From the NCBI GenBank assembly GCA_963702205.1, contig OY969724.1, forward strand, positions 2,656,001-2,720,000: 64,000 nucleotides of DNA. Reading direction: 5' to 3'. The translations under genes were made by a program, and so were the position numbers. How positions within the stretch are numbered: the first letter of the stretch is position 1; every line of letters begins with the position of its first letter. Below the pieces are notes generated by a model. The model worked only from the letters and a program-made list of their open reading frames with translations, did not search any database and was not told the DNA's origin. Positions 30,896-39,791 of the stretch are shown here, piece by piece. Origin of the DNA: an uncultured candidate division Zixibacteria bacterium. Its GTDB lineage: Bacteria; Zixibacteria; MSB-5A5; GN15; PGXB01.

Positions 30896-31778
30896 GCGTC
30901 TGGGAGATTTCAGCGCCATCGCCTGCGCCATCGTCTGCGGTCTGGGCAATATCGTAGTGAAGGTTGGACTTATTGATGTATCGACCATACTTTTCAATTT
31001 CTGGTTCTTTGTCGCCGCCGTCGCCATTTCGTTTCTATCACTGTCAAACGCCAAAATCCGCAAAGAGGTCTTCGCGACCGACCTGAAAGCGCTCGGCTTA
31101 ATAGCTTTTCTTACCCTATTTTTTTCGTTCGGGATATATACTTTCTTTCACGCCATAAAAATCATCGACCCGGCGACGGTCTCGTTTTTATCCCGCTTCG
31201 AAATAATCCTGACCATAATCCTGGCATATTTCTTTTTAAAAGAACGGCTGACCAAGTACGAACTGCTCGGCGGACTGATCGCCGTCGCCGGGGTATTTAT
31301 ATTAAAGTACAGGACAACCGTGGAAATTTCAACCGCCGCCTCCTATATGATTCTTTCCGCCTTTTTCTTTGCCGTCGCGGAGATAATGGTCAAAAGGTAT
31401 ATTCGCATTATCGGCACCATGCGTTTTGTCTTTTTCAGGAATATCTTCGCGGTCGGAATCTTCTATATAATTCTCAAAGTCGCCGGGCAATCTCTGACTG
31501 TTCCCAATAGTATGACTCTGCTCTGGGCTTTCATTGGAGCCTTGTTATTGCCGGTGCTGGGGCGGGTGACCTATATCGAAGCCTTAAAAAGGATCAACAT
31601 ATCGCGTGCGGCTCTCTTCACGCAGTCTACTCCCTTGTTCACGGTGGTTTTCGCTTTAATGTTTTTGCATTCGCTGCCGACACCAATCGAATGGCTGGGC
31701 GGCACATTGATTATCTCAGGTGTACTGATCGTCAAATTCGCGGAGAGAGTCGAGCATCGGAAACAGCGCGTCTTATAA
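30885..31778 (+). CDS. EamA/DMT family transporter
   Basis: About 10 TM helices in two EamA repeats (LAYFFLKERL). Confidence 0.88.
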   Translation: MKPERLGDFSAIACAIVCGLGNIVVKVGLIDVSTILFNFWFFVAAVAISFLSLSNAKIRKEVFATDLKALGLIAFLTLFFSFGIYTFFHAIKIIDPATVSFLSRFEIILTIILAYFFLKERLTKYELLGGLIAVAGVFILKYRTTVEISTAASYMILSAFFFAVAEIMVKRYIRIIGTMRFVFFRNIFAVGIFYIILKVAGQSLTVPNSMTLLWAFIGALLLPVLGRVTYIEALKRINISRAALFTQSTPLFTVVFALMFLHSLPTPIEWLGGTLIISGVLIVKFAERVEHRKQRVL

Positions 31779-31802
31779 AAACAATTAAACTTGTATTGAA
31801 TC

Positions 31803-32882
31803 TTAATGCACTTCGAGCATGCGCTCGAGGGCCAGCAGGGCCCTGGCTTTGATTTCCGGCTTGACCCGGATAGGTTTGATATCCTTGAAATTCTCGAGGC
31901 AGTACGCCAGGTCGTTGAGAGTAGTACGATACATATTGGCGCAGGCCGGACAGGTTTGCCCGGACAGCGCTAAGATCTTTTTGTCGGGATATTCATGGGC
32001 CAGTCGGTGGATCAGATTTATTTCCGTCCCGATGGCGATGACCGACCCGGCGGGCTGATCTTTGACGTATTTCACGATAAAACTGGTCGAGCCGTTGGCG
32101 TCGGCATTTTGAGTCACCTCCGGCGGACATTCCGGGTGCACGACAATTTTCACCCCCGGATATTGCTTACGAGTCTCGTCGATGTGTTGCGCCTTGAAAT
32201 TGGTGTGGACGTGGCAGTGGCCCTTCCAAAGTATCACTCGCGCTTTGGCGATTTGGTCCATTGTCAGACCGCCGTCTTCGCGCGAGAAGTCCCAGATGAC
32301 CATCTCTTCCGGCTTCAGGCCGTATTTGAGACCGGTATTGTACCCGAGATGCTGATCGGGAAAGAAAAACAGCTTCTCTCTTTTTGCGAAGCCCCATTTG
32401 TAGGCGGCGTCGGCGTTGGACGACGTGCAAATCAGCCCACCGTGCTCGCCGGTGAAGGCTTTAAGGCCCGCCGCGCTGTTCATGTACGAAATCGGGAGAA
32501 TCTTTTCATCACCACCGAACTCCTCCAAAAGCTTCCAGGCCTCCATGACGTCGGCCATTTCGGCCATGTCGGCCATGGGGCACCCGGCCAGGGGGTTCGG
32601 CAGAAAGACCGTTTGATTGTCGTCGGTCAGGATATCCGCCGATTCGGCCATGAAATGTACCCCGCAGAAAAAGATATATTCGGCATTTTTTTGCGAGGCA
32701 GCGATTTTGGACAGACCATAGGAATCACCAATGGCGTCGCCGAACTCAACCACTTCCATGCGCTGGTAATGGTGCGCCAGAATAATGGCTTTGTCGCCCA
32801 GTTTTTTCTTCGCCGACCGGACCCGTTCCTTTAAATCGGCGACCGGGGCCTCACGGTATTCCTGTGGTAATGAGAAGTACAT
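31803..32882 (-). CDS. nadA: quinolinate synthase
   Basis: ILAHHYQ, FCGVHFMAE, AGCPMADM, CTSSNA, WKGHCHVH, VHPEC. Confidence 0.96.
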   Translation of the reverse strand: MYFSLPQEYREAPVADLKERVRSAKKKLGDKAIILAHHYQRMEVVEFGDAIGDSYGLSKIAASQKNAEYIFFCGVHFMAESADILTDDNQTVFLPNPLAGCPMADMAEMADVMEAWKLLEEFGGDEKILPISYMNSAAGLKAFTGEHGGLICTSSNADAAYKWGFAKREKLFFFPDQHLGYNTGLKYGLKPEEMVIWDFSREDGGLTMDQIAKARVILWKGHCHVHTNFKAQHIDETRKQYPGVKIVVHPECPPEVTQNADANGSTSFIVKYVKDQPAGSVIAIGTEINLIHRLAHEYPDKKILALSGQTCPACANMYRTTLNDLAYCLENFKDIKPIRVKPEIKARALLALERMLEVH

Positions 32883-32954
32883 GGTATCTATTCAATCACC
32901 CTTTCTACCTGTGATAATGATATGCTGCCCCGCATTGTTCCCAAAGATAGATAA

Positions 32955-33440
32955 CTACTGCCCATTTTCCAGCGATTTTAGAAAGGTCAGGACTTTATCA
33001 TTATCGGGGATGTTCAGCAAGCCGACGTGCTCGATATAGCGGACAATGCCCTCGCGGTCGACGATAAATATATATCTGTCCGCGATGCCCTTGTCTTCGA
33101 GAAAAACGCCATACTTACGAGCCACTTCACCGTGCGGCCAGAAGTCGGACAGGAGGTTAAAAGATATACCGCCGATTGATTTTGACCACGACTGATGCGC
33201 CGGGATCGAATCCGAAGAAATACCGAGGACGACCGTATCAAGGTTTTCGAATTCCTTCAGCTGATTTTCGTAGCTGGGCATCTGATTGCTGCAAACCGGG
33301 GTATAATCCAGGGGATAAAACGCAATCACGACGTTTTTGCGACCCGCAAAATCCGAAAGCTTGATCCTTCCGCCGATATGCGTGGGGAGATTGAAATCGG
33401 GCGCTTTTTTCCCGATTTTCACCTTGCCGAATATGGCCAT
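32955..33440 (-). CDS. peroxiredoxin (AhpE/BCP-like, single Cys)
   Basis: [16 protein letters not shown] (PxxxTxxC), [26 protein letters not shown] before ATG 33440. Confidence 0.9.
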   Translation of the reverse strand: MAIFGKVKIGKKAPDFNLPTHIGGRIKLSDFAGRKNVVIAFYPLDYTPVCSNQMPSYENQLKEFENLDTVVLGISSDSIPAHQSWSKSIGGISFNLLSDFWPHGEVARKYGVFLEDKGIADRYIFIVDREGIVRYIEHVGLLNIPDNDKVLTFLKSLENGQ

Positions 33441-33565
33441 GGTTTTTCCTCTACCCGGCTTTTTCGAACTTGTCTTGGGGGGCGCTGCACACCGGGCACG
33501 ATACCGGCGGCTTTTCGCCCTCGTGCGGATAACCGCAGACACTGCAAACCCAGGTCATATTATCC

Positions 33566-34069
33566 TCAATCCTCCATCGGCTGTGTGCCGTCGGCGGAAA
33601 ACCAGTAATAATTGCCGGCCAAAGCTTCCTTCTCGGCCATCAATATCTCGAAATGCCCGTTTTCTTCATCGGCCAGGTCCTGCAATATGGTCCTGAATTC
33701 ATCGCTTTTCACGGCTTCTTTGGCGGCCATGTAAAACTTGGTCGTCACGCGTTCGGCTTCGATAGCCAGGCCGATATATTCCACCTCCGAATGAAGGTGT
33801 TTCAATTTACCTTTTTCGAAAACGGTAGCCAGGGCATCGAGCCCGCGATCCGGCAGTTCACCGAGCGGCTCGCTTACAAATTTTTTAAACACACCCCTCA
33901 GAATCGCTTCGTGACGGATTTCATCGTCACGAAGAGTTTCAAGTCGTCTTTTGGCGTCGGGGTTGGTCGTCTTGTCCGCCAATAGGCCGTAAAAAGTGTG
34001 GCCGTTCACTTCTCCCTTTATGGCATATCTCAGCAGTGTCGCTTCGTCCTTCAATTGCTCGTCATACAT
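33566..34069 (-). CDS. ferritin-like / rubrerythrin family di-iron protein
   Basis: Two ExxH halves (AIKGE...DEIRH; AIEAE...EENGH); no rubredoxin domain. Confidence 0.85.
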   Translation of the reverse strand: MYDEQLKDEATLLRYAIKGEVNGHTFYGLLADKTTNPDAKRRLETLRDDEIRHEAILRGVFKKFVSEPLGELPDRGLDALATVFEKGKLKHLHSEVEYIGLAIEAERVTTKFYMAAKEAVKSDEFRTILQDLADEENGHFEILMAEKEALAGNYYWFSADGTQPMED

Positions 34070-34120
34070 CAGTCGTTACCTCGTAATCAATTATCCATCC
34101 GTAAATTATCGAGCAAAATA

Positions 34121-34279
34121 TCACTTCTTCTCCAAATTTTCAAGCGCTTTTCTCAGTTTGGCGAGCTTTTTCTCCTGACGCACCCGCGCATTGCGTTCGA
34201 AAATCCCCCCAAAACGGTTCTTCTCAAGCTGGAGCTCCAGCTCTTCGATCTCTTTTTTCAACTTTTCTATTTCTTCCAT
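34121..34279 (-). CDS. small coiled-coil protein (52 aa), not in the ORF track
   Basis: MEEIEKLKKEIEELELQLEKNRFGGIFERNARVRQEKKLAKLRKALENLEKK*; AGGGG RBS inside the gltX end, ATG 1 nt after the gltX stop. Confidence 0.7.
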   Translation of the reverse strand: MEEIEKLKKEIEELELQLEKNRFGGIFERNARVRQEKKLAKLRKALENLEKK

Positions 34280-34280
34280 A

Positions 34281-35729
34281 TCAATCCCCTCGCTTTTTTA
34301 TAAAGTCAATTGCCTTTTGCAGGCGGCCGACTACCGCGGGCTGCCCGAGGGCTTCCAGCATTTCATACAGTCCCGGCCCCACCGTGGTTCCCGAAACCGC
34401 CAGCCGGGTCGGATGAATCAGCTTGCCCTTCTTCACACCGAGCTCCTCGGCCAGCGAATTTATAGCTGCCGCGATATCGTCGTGTTTGAAACTTTTCAAC
34501 TGCTCAAAACCGACTTTGAGTTTTTCCAGCAGCATCAGTCCTTCATCGTTGAACTGCTTTTGAGCCGCTTCGGCATCGTACTCGAACTCATCGGAGAAGA
34601 AATATTCGCTCTTCTCGACAAATTCCGTCAGCCGCTTGCATCGTTCTTTCAGCATCGCGATTATTTCGAGCAGGTACTGCCAGCGTGTCTCCAACCAGTA
34701 CTTGGTCGTAAATCCGGCCGCCACCAGCATCGGCGCGACCATATCGGCCAGCTTGTGATCGGGGGTATGCATTATGTACTGCTGGTTTAAGGCCAGCAGT
34801 TTCTCTTCATTGAAAATCGGATTGGCCTTATTGACATTCTCCAGTACAAAAGCCTCGATTAATTCTTCACGAGACATATACTCCCGGTCGTCCTTGGGTG
34901 ACCAACCCAGCAGACACAGGAAATTAAAGAGTGCTTCGGGCAGGATACCTTCATGGCCGTACTCGGCGACGTCTTTATCACCGAGACGTTTCGATACTTT
35001 TTTCTTGTCGGGACGGAGAATCAGCGGCACGTGGGCAAACTCGGGAATCTCCAGGTCCAGCGCCCGGTACAATAATATTTGTTTGAAAGTATTTGTTATA
35101 TGATCGTTGCCCCTTATGACGTGCGTGATGCCCATCTCGTGATCGTCGACGACGACGGCCATATTGTACACCGCCCGGCCATCGGAACGACAAACGACAA
35201 AATCTTCTATCTCGCTGTTTTCACGAGTTAAATCACCAAGAATCAGGTCATGATATGTCGTGGATCCTTCCGGTATATCCAGCCGAACGGCAAATGGTGT
35301 CTTATTATCGATCAATTTCTTTTCTTCTCCAGGCGCGCTTTTTAGCCAGTTGCGGTCGATCCTTACGTCTTTGGATTCAGCCGCCAGTTCTTTACGCTTT
35401 TGCTCCATTTCTTCCGGCGTACGAAAACACCGATAGGCCCGGCCTCTGTCCAGGAGTTTGTCGACATATGTGTTATATCTTTCCAACCGCTGGGATTGGA
35501 AATACGGCTCCTCATCCCAGTCGAGCCCCAGCCATTTTAAGGCATCGAGGATAGGGTCGATCAGCGACGAATCGGAGCGGGCGGAGTCGGTATCTTCGAT
35601 ACGAACCAGAAATTTACCGCCGGTTTTGCGGGCATAAAGCCAGTTGAAAATAGCAGTACGGGCCGTGCCGACGTGCAGATAACCCGATGGCGATGGTGCA
35701 ATTCTAACTTTGACAGGTTTATCGGACAT
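34281..35729 (-). CDS. gltX: glutamate--tRNA ligase
   Basis: RIAPSPSGYLHVG (HIGH), RIEDTD, ITHVIRG, KVSKR (KMSKS). Confidence 0.96.
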   Translation of the reverse strand: MSDKPVKVRIAPSPSGYLHVGTARTAIFNWLYARKTGGKFLVRIEDTDSARSDSSLIDPILDALKWLGLDWDEEPYFQSQRLERYNTYVDKLLDRGRAYRCFRTPEEMEQKRKELAAESKDVRIDRNWLKSAPGEEKKLIDNKTPFAVRLDIPEGSTTYHDLILGDLTRENSEIEDFVVCRSDGRAVYNMAVVVDDHEMGITHVIRGNDHITNTFKQILLYRALDLEIPEFAHVPLILRPDKKKVSKRLGDKDVAEYGHEGILPEALFNFLCLLGWSPKDDREYMSREELIEAFVLENVNKANPIFNEEKLLALNQQYIMHTPDHKLADMVAPMLVAAGFTTKYWLETRWQYLLEIIAMLKERCKRLTEFVEKSEYFFSDEFEYDAEAAQKQFNDEGLMLLEKLKVGFEQLKSFKHDDIAAAINSLAEELGVKKGKLIHPTRLAVSGTTVGPGLYEMLEALGQPAVVGRLQKAIDFIKKRGD

Positions 35730-35786
35730 AACTAATTGCTCTCTTATTTTAATTAATTCGACCCGGCAGCCAATGCCGAAATCAAC

Positions 35787-36314
35787 TCAGTTTTTATCTT
35801 CGGGCGGCTCGATATCGGGCGGAAGCGGCTGCACCGGAGGCGGCGGCGGGGGCGGTCCGAGTGGTGGAGGTGGTGGTGGGGGCGGCGGAGCCGGCTGTTG
35901 TGGCGGTGGTGTCTGATAGGCTTGAGGCTGTGAAGGTTGATATCCGCTGTATGAATACGGAGGCAGGTTGGCCGGGATATCCACGAATTCCAATTCGATT
36001 CCGCCGAGAAGCTTGGCAGCCAGATTGTAAATGAAAGTGGCAATAATGCACAAAATCGTGTTGAAAATGGCGCCAAGGAAACCGTAGATGATAACCAGCA
36101 GTATTATCATCACGATGCCTCCCGCGGCTCCGCTTCCCTCGTTGAAAAATGGCATAGAACTGCCGCCGATTTCGCCCATCTGCGAAGCCAGCGCCATGAA
36201 GAAACTCATGAACGTGCCAACCACAAAGCCGATAATGGCTCCAAGTACCAGATTAACCACGAAAGAGATTTTAATAATCGACCAGTAGCCGATTGATTTA
36301 AGTTCAAGCTTCAT
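35787..36314 (-). CDS. DUF3566-like membrane protein with poly-proline C-terminal tail
   Basis: LKSIGYWSIIK, two TM helices, FIYNLAAKLLGGIELE, then P/Q-rich tail. Confidence 0.65.
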   Translation of the reverse strand: MKLELKSIGYWSIIKISFVVNLVLGAIIGFVVGTFMSFFMALASQMGEIGGSSMPFFNEGSGAAGGIVMIILLVIIYGFLGAIFNTILCIIATFIYNLAAKLLGGIELEFVDIPANLPPYSYSGYQPSQPQAYQTPPPQQPAPPPPPPPPPLGPPPPPPPVQPLPPDIEPPEDKN

Positions 36315-36448
36315 GCCTCACCTCTTTAGTTTTCAGGCATTGTTCGCCCTATTATGGTCAGGAATATATAATGCTTCCATTAATTTATGTCTATCTAATA
36401 CACGGCACGTCAGGATTCAATTAAAAACATCTGTGTTATCTTGCGGAA

Positions 36449-38557
36449 TCACTCGACTTTGATTATGAACCGCGCATCGACCGCCTTCGATTTGCCCTTG
36501 CCCGATTGTGAAATAAAAGGGTTGATGTCTATTTCGGAGAATTGATCGAAATCGGTCACCAGCTGCGACAAGCGCAGGAGCGATTCTTTCAGGGTCGGGA
36601 TATCGGCCGGTTCGCTGCCGCGAAAACCGGTCAGAAGCGGGTACGATTTCAACGAGCGGATCATCTCGTCGACGTTGTTGACATTCAGCGGATTGATACG
36701 AAACGCGACGTCTTTGAGAATCTCCACGTAAATCCCGCCCAGTCCGAACATGATCAGAGGGCCGAACGAGGGGTCGGTGGTCATACCCATGACCGTCTCT
36801 ACCCCACCGGTCACCATCTCCTGCACCAAAACCGTGAACCGGTCGTTTTTTTTGGATACGGATGCAATCTTCTTTTTGAGCTTTGCGAAGGCGGCGCGGA
36901 CTTCTTTAGCCGTCCGTAAATCGATCACGACCGCTCCCATTTCCGTCTTGTGCAAAATCTGAGGTGTATTGACTTTAAGTACGACCGGGTAGCCGATTTC
37001 ATCGGCGAAAGTAATCGCCTCTTTCTCCGATGAAGCGATCCGACACTCGGTCGTCGGAATACCATAGGCTCTTAAGATATTCGATGCTTTGTCACCAATG
37101 ATGGAATCCTGCCCTGATTTAATGGCGTCGTCAAGAACCGTCTGCACCGCCTTTTTATCCACGCGGAAATTTTTCGGTAACGACTGCGGCCGGTCCAGCC
37201 ACTGGCGATAGGCGTCTATTTGCGACAGAGTCTTGGCAATGGCTTCGGGAAATTGATAAACCGGGACGCCGTTTTCTTTTAGATGCTGCACGCCCCGCGT
37301 ATCCTCACCGGCACCCATGAAGCAAGCCAGCACGGATTTTTTGGTGCCCTTTATGCCTTTCAGGATCGCTTCGGCTACGTTCATCTGATTGGCCGTCACC
37401 GGCGGTACGAATATCGACACGATACTATCGAAGTCGGGTTCGTCGCGCAGGACTTTCAGTGCCGTTTCAAAATGTTCTCCCCCGGCCCCGGCCACAAGGT
37501 CCAGAGGATTGTTGATTGTCCCCTGCCCGGATAGCGCCTTCTTGAGGCTGTTTTTCGTGGCCGGTTTGAACGGAGCCACGCGCATGCCAAGACTGACCAG
37601 GGCGTCGGTTGCCAGCAGAGCCGGTCCCCCGGCGTTGGAAACGATCGCGACCCGGTTGCCTTTGGGTATCGGCTGCTTGGACAGTGCCGCCGCCACGTCG
37701 AAAAGTTCCTCCACCGATGACACCCGCAGTACGCCGCACTGATCGAACAGGGCGTCGACGCCGACGTCCAGCTCGGCCAGCGCCCCGGTATGCGATGACG
37801 CCGCCTGTGCTCCCTGCTTGGTTCGACCGGATTTCACCGCCACGATCGGTTTGGTGCGCGAAATCTCGCGGGCGATTTTGGTAAACCGCCGGGGATTGCC
37901 GAAGTTTTCAAGATACAACAGAATGATGTCGGTTTCCGGATCGTCCGCCCAGTACTCCAGTATATCATTGGCCGAAATATCCGCCTTGTTGCCGATCGAC
38001 GCTACCATCGAAAAGCCCAGCCCGATGACCGTCGCATGGTTCATGATCGCCTCGCCCAGCGCGCCCGACTGCGAAATAAACCCGACCCGCCCATAACGCG
38101 GATGAGTCTTTCCAAAAGTGCAATTCAGGTTGACCTGAGGATTGGCGTTGACGACCCCGAAGCAATTGGGGCCAACCATGCGCATCCGGTACTTATTGCA
38201 AATTTCTATCACTTGATTTTCAAGTTCCAGCCCCCGGCCGCCCACTTCACGGAAACCGGCCGAGATAACCACCAGCCCACGGACGCCTTTCTGGCCGCAT
38301 TGTTCGGCGACCTCCGGGACAAAATCACGCGGGACGACAATTATGGCCATATCGACGGCGTCGGGGACGTCGAGTATGGTCGAATAACATTTAATCGAAT
38401 GAATTACCGAAGCTTTGGGATTGACGGGAAAAACTTTGCCGTTGAATTCATTGGAAATAATATTATGAAGAATTTCGCGCCCGATGGTACCTTTGCGGGT
38501 CGAAGCTCCGATTACAGCCACCGAGTTGGGCCGGAAAATATAATCAAGATCGTGCAT
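36449..38557 (-). CDS. acetate/acyl-CoA ligase (ADP-forming), fused alpha-beta
   Basis: SVAVIGAS CoA-binding domain, GPNCFG, SQSGA, ASSHTGALA (phospho-His), ATP-grasp domain with HKTEMG; no GNAT domain. Confidence 0.9.
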   Translation of the reverse strand: MHDLDYIFRPNSVAVIGASTRKGTIGREILHNIISNEFNGKVFPVNPKASVIHSIKCYSTILDVPDAVDMAIIVVPRDFVPEVAEQCGQKGVRGLVVISAGFREVGGRGLELENQVIEICNKYRMRMVGPNCFGVVNANPQVNLNCTFGKTHPRYGRVGFISQSGALGEAIMNHATVIGLGFSMVASIGNKADISANDILEYWADDPETDIILLYLENFGNPRRFTKIAREISRTKPIVAVKSGRTKQGAQAASSHTGALAELDVGVDALFDQCGVLRVSSVEELFDVAAALSKQPIPKGNRVAIVSNAGGPALLATDALVSLGMRVAPFKPATKNSLKKALSGQGTINNPLDLVAGAGGEHFETALKVLRDEPDFDSIVSIFVPPVTANQMNVAEAILKGIKGTKKSVLACFMGAGEDTRGVQHLKENGVPVYQFPEAIAKTLSQIDAYRQWLDRPQSLPKNFRVDKKAVQTVLDDAIKSGQDSIIGDKASNILRAYGIPTTECRIASSEKEAITFADEIGYPVVLKVNTPQILHKTEMGAVVIDLRTAKEVRAAFAKLKKKIASVSKKNDRFTVLVQEMVTGGVETVMGMTTDPSFGPLIMFGLGGIYVEILKDVAFRINPLNVNNVDEMIRSLKSYPLLTGFRGSEPADIPTLKESLLRLSQLVTDFDQFSEIDINPFISQSGKGKSKAVDARFIIKVE

Positions 38558-38670
38558 AATTATATCCTTGTCTTAAGAAAACAGGCTCAATACGCTTTAA
38601 TATAACAGGTTACATAAAGCAATCAATATGGTACGAAAAAGTCAAGGTTTAAATGATACAAGCCAGTGGG

Positions 38671-38708
38671 CAAAAAAAATGGCCCCATTTTTCAATGGGG
38701 CCACTGGG
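38671..38708 (-). terminator. intrinsic terminator of the GAF-HisKA gene
   Basis: Minus strand TGGCCCCA-ttgaaaaa-TGGGGCCA followed by a T-run. Confidence 0.75.
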
Positions 38709-38729
38709 CGAGGTAGGGATAAGAGGGAA

Positions 38730-39518
38730 CTAAGAGGAGTTATTGTTGTCTTCATCCGAGAGGTCGATCATTTTGAGACCCTCGGCGTAGTCCGTCACGC
38801 TGTCCCGGGTCAAATTCATCAGCTTCTGCATGACCGTGCGAATACGCATGGCCGACTCCTCGACCGTCTCGAGCTTCTTGATCAAATCCTTGTCGAGTTC
38901 ATCGCGCCGCATCAGGAGCAACTGGATGTTGCCGAGTACGGCTGTCAAAGGATTATTGATCTCATGATTGAGGGTGGTCGAAGTTTCGATGATCGCCTTG
39001 ATACGCTCTTTGCTGATCCTCTTATCCATATCGGCTATCGGCTCGCCCAATCCGGACGCCACCAGTGAAACTGAAAGCGCCGCCCCCAACGCTTCCAGAA
39101 AGACATCTTCCCTGACCAGCGAACCGGTCCCCGGCTGTATACCGATAACCGCGCCGAGTATTTTATTTTTGGTCTTGAGCGGCAGCGTAAAACCGGTTAC
39201 CGGGGTCTCACCGCCGAAAGACAGATAGGCCGAAATCAGGTTGTTATTTTTGCGCAGGCTTGAAAACAGATCGTTTTCGAGGTCGTCGAGTCGCTTCTTA
39301 TCCTGGTCAGTTTCGAAATAGCCCGCGGTCAGGATCGATTTGCTGTCGTCATCCCACAGAATCAAACGCGCCGCCGACATACCAAGAAGCCGCGCGGAAC
39401 TCCGCAGGGCGGCTTCGGCTATGATCGCCGGTTCGTTACCTGACGTCCATGATTGCGCAATTTCACGTAAAATATGGAATTGGGCCATGGCTTTGTTATG
39501 GGCAGTATCTTCAGACAT
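38730..39518 (-). CDS. GAF-like plus HisKA phospho-acceptor protein lacking an ATPase domain
   Basis: H-box TLNHEINNPLTAVLG; protein ends ~65 aa later with no N/G1/F/G2 boxes. Confidence 0.75.
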   Translation of the reverse strand: MSEDTAHNKAMAQFHILREIAQSWTSGNEPAIIAEAALRSSARLLGMSAARLILWDDDSKSILTAGYFETDQDKKRLDDLENDLFSSLRKNNNLISAYLSFGGETPVTGFTLPLKTKNKILGAVIGIQPGTGSLVREDVFLEALGAALSVSLVASGLGEPIADMDKRISKERIKAIIETSTTLNHEINNPLTAVLGNIQLLLMRRDELDKDLIKKLETVEESAMRIRTVMQKLMNLTRDSVTDYAEGLKMIDLSDEDNNNSS

Positions 39519-39735
39519 AAATCTTCTCGAACGCATCTCACGCAAATCGTATGCCTTAAAATGGTGACCCTGTAGAATGTTATGTCTCTCTTCCCAGCCG
39601 ATTTTGATTCCGTAAGTCGACGGGCCGAAAGCGCTTGAGGATCAGCCATCAAACGAAGATATAAAAGGGCTGACCCTTTACACTCATGTCTGCACCTCAT
39701 TTCACATTTGCGGCATCATTATATCATTTGTGCCC

Positions 39736-39764
39736 TTGACAATGGACTGACACTCTATTAATAT
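39736..39764 (+). promoter_or_regulatory. putative sigma70 promoter of purF
   Basis: TTGACA-17 nt-TAATAT, 27 nt before ATG 39792. Confidence 0.6.
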
Positions 39765-39791
39765 AGGGGTTTTTACTGGCGGCGTAAAAAC

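Noticed and set aside
31995..32834. 279-aa plus-strand ORF
   Set aside because: Antisense to nadA
33285..33300. selenocysteine in the peroxiredoxin active site
   Set aside because: The codon is TGC (Cys) and the frame is uninterrupted
35825..35915. GGC/GGT triplet tandem repeat
   Set aside because: Encodes the poly-proline tail of the minus-strand membrane protein; not a separate element
36449..38557. protein lysine acetyltransferase (Pat/PatZ) call
   Set aside because: No GNAT domain, and the catalytic histidines of the ADP-forming ligase are retained
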